The notes beneath the pieces are model-generated. The model did not search any database and was not told the DNA's origin. It saw only the letters and a program-made list of their open reading frames with translations. Shown one piece after another: positions 57,214 through 64,000 of a stretch of 64,000 nt of DNA. Position 1 is the first letter of the stretch. Each line of letters starts with the position of its first letter. This DNA is from a virus. Location of the stretch: the IMG/VR virus record IMGVR_UViG_3300045988_004573, positions 32,001 to 96,000 of that record. One strand, 5' to 3'. A program made the position numbers and the translations under genes.

Positions 57214-58392
57214 TCATACATCAAGTGACCAGCCTTGTCCTATATAAGACTCTGGGTCCTCTTGAACACCACCTACAAATTGGGGATTACCTTTAGGTCT
57301 ATTGGTATTCCTTAGTGTATGTTCCAACTCTCTGAGGCTGTTCTTGACTTCTTTCTTTACTTTACCTTTGACAAGCATATCAAGGTTCTTGAAACCATCA
57401 GTAAGAGTAAAGATAACTCCCAGCTTCTTTCTGAACTCAACTGGGTTCTCTGTCTCATACTTCTGGATAGCTGTCAGATACTCACCATCCTCAGTCTTAT
57501 AGACTGGCTTGGCAATGTTATCATAAGCCTTTTGCCTTGTTGCCTTATCCATAGTGATACCCTCAAATATCTCCTTATCTTCAAGCATCTGCTTCTTGAG
57601 GTCTTGAGCTTCTTTCTTAACTCTCTTCTTCTCATTCTCAGCCTCTTCCTGACCTTCCTTAATAAGGTCATCATATTGCTGCTTGAAGTAGGACTTGTTA
57701 CTCTCTAGGGCATCCTTAGCATCCTCTATGTCTGAGCCACTATCAAATGACTTCTTCACTTCTCTAGCTGCTCTTTCCTTTGAGAAGCCTCTGTTGATAA
57801 GGTCTTGGAATATGAGCTGCTTTCTAAGGTTCTCACCTTTATCTGATTCATCCTTGATGGCATCCTCAGTAATCTTCTCAAGATTACCTAAGACAGCTTC
57901 ATACTGTCTAATCTCATCAGGCTCTAGTTCAGCATTAAGTGCAGCACTAATTCTCTTCTGTGTCTCATCAAGTCTGGCATTAACCTGCTTGTCTATGGCT
58001 TCTGCCAAGTCCTCTGGAGACTTAATACCTTTAACAAACTCTTCATCAAGGTCAGGGAGGACACCATCTTCTACTAAGGCACTGGCAATGGAATAGTAGA
58101 AGTTAGAATTGGGAGAAGAACCATTATCCTTATTAGAGTCAGGTGTCTCTCCTTCCTTGTCTTTCTTATCTTCTTTATCCTCACTACCTACGCTCTCTGG
58201 TTCAAATAAATCATCAGGATTTACTTCTTCCTCAGTAGTTGGTTTATCTTTGTCCTTGTCACCCTCCTCTGCATCTGGCTTCTCTTCTCCAGTAGCAGGA
58301 GGTGTCTCTTGTGTTTCATCACTATCATCAAAGAGGTTCAGTGTATCAATCTCTTCTCCAGATAGTATAAAGCTATCATTCAAACCATCCAT
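57214..58392 (-). CDS. Acidic coiled-coil protein, a scaffold-like candidate
   Basis: The start was re-set to ATG 58392 (MDGLNDSF), because the track start at 58425 is a TTG inside the promoter box. The N-terminal 110 aa are strongly D/E/K-rich and are followed by long predicted helices. Confidence 0.5.
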   Translation of the reverse strand: MDGLNDSFILSGEEIDTLNLFDDSDETQETPPATGEEKPDAEEGDKDKDKPTTEEEVNPDDLFEPESVGSEDKEDKKDKEGETPDSNKDNGSSPNSNFYYSIASALVEDGVLPDLDEEFVKGIKSPEDLAEAIDKQVNARLDETQKRISAALNAELEPDEIRQYEAVLGNLEKITEDAIKDESDKGENLRKQLIFQDLINRGFSKERAAREVKKSFDSGSDIEDAKDALESNKSYFKQQYDDLIKEGQEEAENEKKRVKKEAQDLKKQMLEDKEIFEGITMDKATRQKAYDNIAKPVYKTEDGEYLTAIQKYETENPVEFRKKLGVIFTLTDGFKNLDMLVKGKVKKEVKNSLRELEHTLRNTNRPKGNPQFVGGVQEDPESYIGQGWSLDV

Positions 58393-58422
58393 ATTTTCTT
58401 CTCCTTTGGTTATTAAACTATG

Positions 58423-58430
58423 CAAAGGTA
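58423..58430 (-). promoter_or_regulatory. Bacteroidota-type -7 promoter box
   Basis: The - strand reads TACCTTTGCA, 30 nt upstream of ATG 58392. Confidence 0.55.
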
Positions 58431-58507
58431 TTAACTATTCCGCAAGTAGGCAAGTATCTAATACAGATAGTTGTTAAACTATAAATGAAATCCTTATTTA
58501 CTGGTAC

Positions 58508-58542
58508 AAAAAGAGAGGTGTAGTATCACTACTACACCCCTC
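58508..58542 (-). terminator. Rho-independent terminator
   Basis: GGTGTAGTA pairs with TACTACACC (9 bp, loop TCAC), extendable to 13 bp with one mismatch. TTTTTGTACC follows on the - strand. Confidence 0.7.
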
Positions 58543-58550
58543 CGAGCTTA

Positions 58551-58838
58551 TTATGCTTCCCTAAAGTACTTATATACTTTACTGCCACCACTCTTGTAGT
58601 CATCATCCTTAAACCAGAAGTTGATTGCAGACTCAACTACTTTAGTGTCAATGTTATCACCAAACCATGCCTTAAGTAGCTCACAGTAGTCATGGTACTG
58701 TGCATTAAGTGCTACATAAACATCGGCATAAGTTGCACTTTGTGGTATGATACCCCTATATCTCTCAGCTACTTCCTTAGCTTTAGACATATCATACTTC
58801 TCACCTACAAACTTTCTTACCACCACCTTTACAACCAC
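58551..58838 (-). CDS. Hypothetical small protein
   Basis: The 95-aa form starts at a GTG (58838). The first in-frame ATG is at 58790 (MSKAKEV), so the start is uncertain. Confidence 0.5.
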   Translation of the reverse strand: MVVKVVVRKFVGEKYDMSKAKEVAERYRGIIPQSATYADVYVALNAQYHDYCELLKAWFGDNIDTKVVESAINFWFKDDDYKSGGSKVYKYFREA

Positions 58839-58874
58839 AAGCCATAATCTTAAGTTTTATAAGTTAAACAATAA

Positions 58875-59423
58875 TTACGTCGATGGTAGAGTAGGTACCT
58901 CCATACTATCAAACTCATCCTTTGTGATTGGCTCTAGTGCCTTGCTAAGGTCTACCTCTATACCTAATAGCTTCATAGTATTCTGTAAGTCATCAAGGGT
59001 ATTAAGCTTGATAAACTTACTACCATCCTCAGAAGCAGCTAGGTCAGCCTTCTGTATTCTGATAGCCTTAACCTTACTATATCTGTTAGTACCTTCTCCA
59101 TTAGTATATTTGATAATGTCAAATGGAGCATAGATATTACTAAATAGTAAGAAGTTCACTAAAGATGAGCTAATGAGTGGACCAATATACTCTCCAAGAG
59201 ACAATAGAGATACCTTTTGTCCATTAGTTAAGTCAGTTGTCCAAGACTTAACTCTACAATATATGTAGTCATCTGGAATAAGTTCTTCTAGAGAACCATC
59301 GCTCCCTCTCTCTCTAATGCTCTTAACCTTACCAGTTGAGTTATCTCTTACTAGTAGTATCTCATTCTTGTCAACCTCATTAGGGTCTCCCTCTACTACT
59401 CTAAAGTTAAGTACTCTCTTCAT
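58875..59423 (-). CDS. Hypothetical protein
   Basis: 182-aa ORF that overlaps the upstream gene by 17 nt. No motif recognised. Confidence 0.6.
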   Translation of the reverse strand: MKRVLNFRVVEGDPNEVDKNEILLVRDNSTGKVKSIRERGSDGSLEELIPDDYIYCRVKSWTTDLTNGQKVSLLSLGEYIGPLISSSLVNFLLFSNIYAPFDIIKYTNGEGTNRYSKVKAIRIQKADLAASEDGSKFIKLNTLDDLQNTMKLLGIEVDLSKALEPITKDEFDSMEVPTLPST

Positions 59424-59751
59424 TTGTAGTCTTTATCAAATTAAAACTAGTTTGTCTGAGTTTACAGGTAAGGTCTTTACAAGTGAGTAACATAAGCTCC
59501 GATACCTGCTTTCTCAACTCTTTTATCTCATCCTCTAATTCATCATTCCTCTTAATCATCTCATCAAGCCTCTCCTTATTATCATCAGAGAGCTGCTTGT
59601 AGAACTCTAGTGATTCTTTCATATTGTGAATGACAGTCTGGTCTACTTCACTATTATACTTCTTCCTTGTGAAGAACCATGAAGTCCAACCTGAGGCAAA
59701 GGTAGTTACTATACCTATTAGTGCTGTTATAAGTACCCCAGTATCAATCAT
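59407..59751 (-). CDS. Type II membrane protein with a coiled-coil ectodomain (holin, antiholin or i-spanin-like)
   Basis: N-terminal transmembrane segment GVLITALIGIVTTFASGWTSWFF, followed by a charged helical region. Confidence 0.5.
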   Translation of the reverse strand: MIDTGVLITALIGIVTTFASGWTSWFFTRKKYNSEVDQTVIHNMKESLEFYKQLSDDNKERLDEMIKRNDELEDEIKELRKQVSELMLLTCKDLTCKLRQTSFNLIKTTNEEST

Positions 59752-59759
59752 AGCTGCTT

Positions 59760-60059
59760 TTAATTAGATAGTGTGTAGAATAGCACACCTAGAGCTGTAG
59801 CTATAAATACAGGAACTGCTCCTAGTACACTTGCCAGAATATCCATCCAGCTAAACTCATCATCAATCACTGCCTCTTTGAACCATGAAAACATGGCTAC
59901 TGGAATAAGCCCTATGAAGGGGAATGCTATAGTAGTAGCATCAATAACACCTTCTTGAAGAGTGGCAACTATGGTAAACAGTGCTACTATAAACCCTCCA
60001 ATAGAGAAGTGTAGTATCTTGTCTACCCCAATCTTTGTAATTAGTTCATTAAATGTCAT
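59760..60059 (-). CDS. Small protein with three transmembrane segments; holin candidate
   Basis: 99 aa with three hydrophobic segments: ILHFSIGGFIVALFTIVATL, IAFPFIGLIPVAMFSWF and ILASVLGAVPVFIATALGVLFYTL. Confidence 0.5.
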   Translation of the reverse strand: MTFNELITKIGVDKILHFSIGGFIVALFTIVATLQEGVIDATTIAFPFIGLIPVAMFSWFKEAVIDDEFSWMDILASVLGAVPVFIATALGVLFYTLSN

Positions 60060-60433
60060 ACCTTAATAAATTTAATAAGTTTGTAACCTCCAAGTGCAAT
60101 AGCTGCTCCTCCCAAAACCATTAGACCTACTTGCCAGTTATGTAGTTTATTCACTTCCTTAGTGACTTCTACAGTATTGACTACTGTTATAGTATCAGTC
60201 ACATTAACAGTATCTCTAAGCTCCTTAACCCTATATATGTACTTGTACTTCTCTAAGAATACAGTATCACCCTTCTCTCTTATGATAGTACTGTCATTCC
60301 TATATAGAGTATCAACAGACACCCTATCCCTGTATTCAATCTTAACTTTATCTACAGGAACTTCCACATACTTAGTTGCAGCACAACCACTTAACAGGAT
60401 GCCTAGCAGTATAGCTAACAATAACTTCTTCAT
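60056..60433 (-). CDS. Lipoprotein with a C-terminal transmembrane helix; unimolecular-spanin-like architecture
   Basis: From ATG 60433: MKKLLLAILLGILLSGC, with lipobox LSGC and the Cys codon at 60383-60385. The C-terminus has WQVGLMVLGGAAIALGGYKLI. The track start at 60463 lies upstream of the promoter box. Confidence 0.55.
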   Translation of the reverse strand: MKKLLLAILLGILLSGCAATKYVEVPVDKVKIEYRDRVSVDTLYRNDSTIIREKGDTVFLEKYKYIYRVKELRDTVNVTDTITVVNTVEVTKEVNKLHNWQVGLMVLGGAAIALGGYKLIKFIKV

Positions 60434-60440
60434 AATGCTG

Positions 60441-60448
60441 CAAAGGTA
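60441..60448 (-). promoter_or_regulatory. Bacteroidota-type -7 promoter box
   Basis: The - strand reads TACCTTTGCAGCATTATG. Only 7 nt separate the box from the ATG, which implies a very short or absent leader. Confidence 0.5.
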
Positions 60449-60456
60449 AGAAAAAT

Positions 60457-60486
60457 AAATCACCTATGTAAGAGCATAAGTGATTT
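60457..60486 (-). terminator. Possible terminator after the 182-aa fibre-associated gene
   Basis: AAATCACCTATG pairs with CATAAGTGATTT (12 bp, one mismatch, 6-nt loop). ATTTTTCTT follows on the - strand. Confidence 0.45.
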
Positions 60487-60510
60487 ATTTATATTTAATA
60501 TAATCTTGAT

Positions 60511-61059
60511 TTATAGTGAGGTCCCATCCATGTTTGTCCAAGAATCCCCATTCCAACAGATATATTTTTTTAAAGTACTATCATAATAAAGATAGCCAAT
60601 ATCCTCTATACTAAGAGAAGGTCTACTATCAGAACTTCCTACAAAGTTTTTGTAATTGGTATATAGGGCAAAAGTTACCCCCTTTTGGCTAATAACAGCA
60701 TTCTCATCTTCACCCAGTTCCTGAACTACTGGCATATTTGAACCTAATCTCCAGTTCTTGCCATCTTGCCAAGAAACATCATCTACAGCATCAATTCCAT
60801 ACCATTCTGTAATAGTATTTCCATCAAGTACATAGGTTATCCATAATCCTTGCTTCCTAATTGACATAGGAACTTCAAGTCTTGTAGTTTCCCTACTTTC
60901 TGTATATGAAAGGAAGTACATATTAAAACTTGACAGAATGTCTGTAAGTGTAATGCCACTTTCTCTATCTGTAATAGCATCAATGAAAGTCTTAGGGAAG
61001 ATGTCTTTATATCCTCCCCCAAGATTATCTCTTTTAATTAATTGTTGTATATCTTTCAT
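60511..61059 (-). CDS. Small tail-fibre-associated protein carrying the shared C-terminal fibre motif
   Basis: The C-terminus SSDSRPSLSIEDIGYLYYDSTLKKYICWNGDSWTNMDGTSL matches the C-termini of the two upstream fibre/spike genes. Confidence 0.6.
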   Translation of the reverse strand: MKDIQQLIKRDNLGGGYKDIFPKTFIDAITDRESGITLTDILSSFNMYFLSYTESRETTRLEVPMSIRKQGLWITYVLDGNTITEWYGIDAVDDVSWQDGKNWRLGSNMPVVQELGEDENAVISQKGVTFALYTNYKNFVGSSDSRPSLSIEDIGYLYYDSTLKKYICWNGDSWTNMDGTSL

Positions 61060-61079
61060 AAACTATATTGTTTTTTTTT

Positions 61080-63026
61080 TTATACAGTTGTACCAGTTGC
61101 ATTCACCCAAGCTGAACCATTTCCCCAGATAGGTTTATTTAAGGTAGTATCAAAATAAAAGATACCAGCTTGTGGGGCTGCTGGTCTTGAGCTTGAAGGA
61201 CCAACAGTAGGAGTAGGGTTTAAGGAGCTTGTGGCTACATGTAACCATTCACTCCATGTATTATTATCCATCCTTTTCCTGATAAAAAGATAAGCATAAG
61301 GTTGTTCTCCTCTTACAAACATAGGAAAGAACAACTGTTTTGTCAGACCTTTATAATATCCATTTGTAGGATGGATACTTAAAAGTAGGCCACCTTCAGC
61401 ATTAAGAGGTGATTTATAAATACTGTCTGCTCCGATAACAGTACTAACTATTCCAATCGGTAAACTATCTGGAAGTGTATCTAAGTTAAATGGACTTGAT
61501 GCAACAGAACTCAAATCATCATATTCACCAATATCAGAAGGAGCACCACACAAATTGTTTTTGAATATGTATCTATCAAGATTAGCATTTTCTGCTAATT
61601 CTACAAACTTAACATTAGAAGCCTCCCAAGCATTTACTCTATTATTAACAATGATGGCTGACCCTATTGTTCCTCCCAACTTAAATGCAGAATCAGTATT
61701 AATTCTCTGATGAAAGTTTCCATCAATAAGAACTGCTCCGCAATTATCAAAAGTAACAGCAGGATTATTCCATAACTCCATTCCAACTTGGTCTCCTGTT
61801 ATATTGTTGCAATAATTTGCTTTTACACTATTACTAATAGCATTGCCATACTTTAACTGTCCACCAATATTATTTGTAATAATTACATCTGAAATTTTGT
61901 CTACTGAAAAATATACTTTAGACTTAATAAATGTGTTTTTGGTAATAATCAGACTACATGTTGTCTGAGATTCCATTTTTATATATATATCATGAGAATT
62001 GCTGCTTACAAATGTATTATTTTCTATTATGAATCTATCAGCAGTAATAGAATTTTTCATAGGATTAACAAATGCTATAGTCCCAACAACACCTTTAATA
62101 TTTTCAAAGTGATTGTTGATAATCTTAACATTCTTAATTTCAACATCTGCTTCTGGCTCAAAATCTATAGCTCCTGGCATTACACCACCAGAGCTATTTT
62201 TAAAAAGATTATTATCAATTGTAAAATTGTTACATACATAAACAGATATACCCTGCCTACTAACTATATTTTTACCATCAAAAATACAATCTCTTACTGT
62301 AACATCATTAACAAAAGAAGTCATCCATCTTCCCTCATCCGGGGATAGCAGTGCTCCAGCAGTTATTCCATCCCCACAATAGCTTAAAAATTTACATCCT
62401 TCAATAATACAATTATCTATATTTCCAAGATTAATAAGTGCTGAGAATTGAAAAATTTCAGCATGAGTGTGTATCAATTCGAGATTATAGAATCTAACAT
62501 TTTTTATTTTTGGAGCAGTCAAATCTGCATCTTCTGGAGGAGTTGTGAAAATATTACAGCACCAGCCATCAGCAATTATTTGAGCACCTGCTAATCCATT
62601 AAATTGTACACCGCTCTTTATATGGATACCATCTTCTCTTCTATTAAATGACTCATTATTTACCCCAAATATTTTATATTTATTAGTAAAAATAATCTGT
62701 GCATTATATGGAGCTATATCAACCGCAGTTTGTATTGCTTTTAGGTCATTAGTAATACCATCCCCTTCTGCACCAAACCACTCTGGATATAAGGTTGAAG
62801 TACTTGTGTTTCCTGTTATAGTAACAGTATTAGCTATTTTTATAGTTCCTATAAGAGCTGTATTATTAAGAACTAATGTTCCATTATTAATACCTCCTCC
62901 TTGAAAGTCTAAGGTACACCCTTCTGGAATAGTAAGAGTTCCTCCTACAAGGTCTATAACCTTAGTTATTTTATATATAACATTAGGCTTATTAAATTTA
63001 TCTTGAACTGCCATATTTATTATCAT
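61080..63026 (-). CDS. Tail spike with a right-handed parallel beta-helix (pectate-lyase-fold) domain; probable glycan depolymerase
   Basis: LYPEWFGAEGDGITNDLKAIQTAVD is the typical N-cap of pectin-lyase-fold proteins. It is followed by many Asn/Ile/Gly-rich repeats of about 22-25 aa (NCIIEGCKF, VRDCIF, IINNHFENI, IIENNTF). The C-terminal fibre motif is GIFYFDTTLNKPIWGNGSAWVNATG. An alternative start exists at ATG 63014. Confidence 0.75.
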   Translation of the reverse strand: MIINMAVQDKFNKPNVIYKITKVIDLVGGTLTIPEGCTLDFQGGGINNGTLVLNNTALIGTIKIANTVTITGNTSTSTLYPEWFGAEGDGITNDLKAIQTAVDIAPYNAQIIFTNKYKIFGVNNESFNRREDGIHIKSGVQFNGLAGAQIIADGWCCNIFTTPPEDADLTAPKIKNVRFYNLELIHTHAEIFQFSALINLGNIDNCIIEGCKFLSYCGDGITAGALLSPDEGRWMTSFVNDVTVRDCIFDGKNIVSRQGISVYVCNNFTIDNNLFKNSSGGVMPGAIDFEPEADVEIKNVKIINNHFENIKGVVGTIAFVNPMKNSITADRFIIENNTFVSSNSHDIYIKMESQTTCSLIITKNTFIKSKVYFSVDKISDVIITNNIGGQLKYGNAISNSVKANYCNNITGDQVGMELWNNPAVTFDNCGAVLIDGNFHQRINTDSAFKLGGTIGSAIIVNNRVNAWEASNVKFVELAENANLDRYIFKNNLCGAPSDIGEYDDLSSVASSPFNLDTLPDSLPIGIVSTVIGADSIYKSPLNAEGGLLLSIHPTNGYYKGLTKQLFFPMFVRGEQPYAYLFIRKRMDNNTWSEWLHVATSSLNPTPTVGPSSSRPAAPQAGIFYFDTTLNKPIWGNGSAWVNATGTTV

Positions 63027-63040
63027 TTTTTAATTTGCTG

Positions 63041-63048
63041 CAAATATA
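63041..63048 (-). promoter_or_regulatory. Bacteroidota-type -7 promoter box
   Basis: The - strand reads TATATTTGCAGC, 14 nt upstream of ATG 63026. Confidence 0.5.
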
Positions 63049-63074
63049 AGTAAAAGTTCTTATATATGCAAGTA

Positions 63075-63110
63075 AAAGTAGTACTTGATTTATATATCAA
63101 ATACTACTTT
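63075..63110 (-). terminator. Hairpin terminator after the partial fibre gene
   Basis: AAAGTAGTACTTGAT (63075-89) pairs with ATCAAATACTACTTT (63096-110), giving 15 bp with one mismatch. The stem ends in a T-run on the - strand. Confidence 0.55.
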
Positions 63111-63116
63111 ATTTAG

Positions 63117-64000
63117 TTAGACTATTACCACTCTTGTTATAAGAGTACCATCTTCATTCATCCAAAGATTGTTCTCACTATCATAGATAATCCATTGCAT
63201 TAAATCCACATCAAAGTATCTGTATCCAGTAGAAGGATGTTCAGGTCTTTGAGCTGTAGTACCTGCTTTTCTATTGGACTTAAATCCATCTCCATCTACC
63301 CATACATTGTGGTTCCACCATACAGGGTGATTTAATGTACTATCAAAATAAGCCTTACCATTATCATAAGTGAGGTCTTGTAGCACAGGAAGATCAGTTG
63401 TAGCAAAAGCCTTAACTAAGCTATCCTTAGAAACCATTTCTTCTGTAAAGAAGTGGGATAATGTATAGCTTCCTGTACTTGGTAAGTCACTTCCACCACC
63501 CAAGTAAACTATATTATTATCATAATCACAGCTTCTTACATAGGCTTGTATTCCATTTAGAATAACCAAATCACCCCCATTGAAGTTAGCAGAAGCTCCT
63601 GCATTAGTCATATTACATATACCATAACCATTCATAGTACATGGTATATTAGTAGCAGGATTAGTTGGATTCAAGAAAGCTTTTGCATTTGAATACTGAG
63701 TACTGTTACCATACCAGTCATAGAATTTCTGATTAGGAGACACTCTTGTACAAGCTCTGTTATTCTGTACTAATGCCTCAAAGTCCAGCTTATAATTAGC
63801 TAATCTTGGTAATACCTCAGCTAAAGTTACTGAATTGATACCTGTGTGAATTTCTGGGTATGATGAATGTCTGTTTACATTTATGTTACCTGTATATTCA
63901 ACTCTGCCATCAACAGCTACATATAAGTTATTATATGTGAGTTCTCTAAATACACACTTAGTAACAGCTAATCCATCAATAATCTTGTAGGTCTTTATAC
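63117..64000 (-). CDS. Tail fibre protein, 3' portion; the gene continues beyond the right edge
   Basis: The track start at 63743 is a GTG. I translated the same frame upstream and found no stop up to nt 64000 (...YKIIDGLAVTKCVFRELTYNNLYVAVDGRVEYTGNINVNRHSSYPEIHTG...RVSPNQKFYDW), so the ORF is truncated by the window. It contains two copies of the fibre motif: GKAYFDSTLNHPVWWNHNVWVDGDG and GYRYFDVDLMQWIIYDSENNLWMNEDG. Confidence 0.7.
   Translation of the reverse strand, partial: IKTYKIIDGLAVTKCVFRELTYNNLYVAVDGRVEYTGNINVNRHSSYPEIHTGINSVTLAEVLPRLANYKLDFEALVQNNRACTRVSPNQKFYDWYGNSTQYSNAKAFLNPTNPATNIPCTMNGYGICNMTNAGASANFNGGDLVILNGIQAYVRSCDYDNNIVYLGGGSDLPSTGSYTLSHFFTEEMVSKDSLVKAFATTDLPVLQDLTYDNGKAYFDSTLNHPVWWNHNVWVDGDGFKSNRKAGTTAQRPEHPSTGYRYFDVDLMQWIIYDSENNLWMNEDGTLITRVVIV

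Noticed and set aside
57695-58477. Two Ser/Leu-rich + strand ORFs (133 and 122 aa) in the scaffold-like gene region
   Set aside because: They are the mirror image of the GAA/GAT/AAG-rich acidic gene on the - strand. Low-complexity poly-Ser translations of this kind are typical antisense artefacts.
63741-63743. The ORF-track start of the last gene (63743), suggesting a complete 208-aa protein
   Set aside because: The codon is GTG, and the frame stays open upstream to the window edge with fibre-like sequence. It is treated as an internal Val of a truncated larger gene.
1-64000. Stop-codon reassignment (TAG or TGA recoding), which is reported in some crAss-like lineages
   Set aside because: Genes of 2100-2200 aa, and all other conserved genes, are uninterrupted under the standard code. 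Gene ends coincide with terminators or coupled starts. There is no sign of in-frame stops in conserved domains apart from the intron-split polymerase.
1-64000. tRNA genes, CRISPR arrays, integrase or other lysogeny genes
   Set aside because: The non-coding gaps are short (the largest are 84-158 nt, apart from the intron) and are filled by hairpins and promoter boxes. I saw no spaced repeat arrays and no tyrosine or serine recombinase motifs.

Overview
The window reads as one contiguous piece of a crAss-like (Crassvirales-type) podophage genome, probably from an anaerobic Bacteroidota host. Support: a giant virion RNA polymerase with a DFDID motif, a class III ribonucleotide reductase, TAnnTTTG promoter boxes and little Shine-Dalgarno usage. 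It has two convergent arms. Nt 1-32609 (+ strand) carries the primase 3' end, a JAB/E1 cassette, UDG, nucleases, NrdD/NrdG, dUTPase, a family A DNA polymerase, ThyX and small accessory genes, followed by the RNA polymerase operon. Nt 32661-64000 (- strand) carries giant virion/tail proteins, a candidate capsid module, a lysis-like membrane-protein cluster and tail spike/fibre genes. The arms meet at a bidirectional terminator near 32.64 kb. Long ORFs are uninterrupted under the standard code, and I saw no tRNA, rRNA, CRISPR array or integrase. Several ORF-track starts are GTG/TTG artefacts and were re-set to the nearest sensible ATG. The top candidate for a new system is a tightly coupled cassette at 271-5462. 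It contains a JAMM/JAB peptidase with an intact active site and a ThiF/MoeB/E1-like adenylating enzyme. These are preceded by a possible beta-grasp (Ubl-like) protein and a possible E2-like protein, in the same order as bacterial BilABCD-type ubiquitin-like conjugation operons, but here inside a phage replication module. Other notable items: (1) a group I intron with an HNH homing endonuclease splitting the DNA polymerase; (2) five homing endonuclease genes in total; (3) a membrane-anchored retropepsin-like protease; (4) an orphan minimal radical SAM enzyme; (5) a HicA-like fusion protein; (6) a PD-(D/E)xK nuclease domain at the C-terminus of a 2213-aa virion protein; (7) a C-terminal motif shared by three adjacent fibre genes. 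All functional calls rest on motifs read by eye, and no database search was run.
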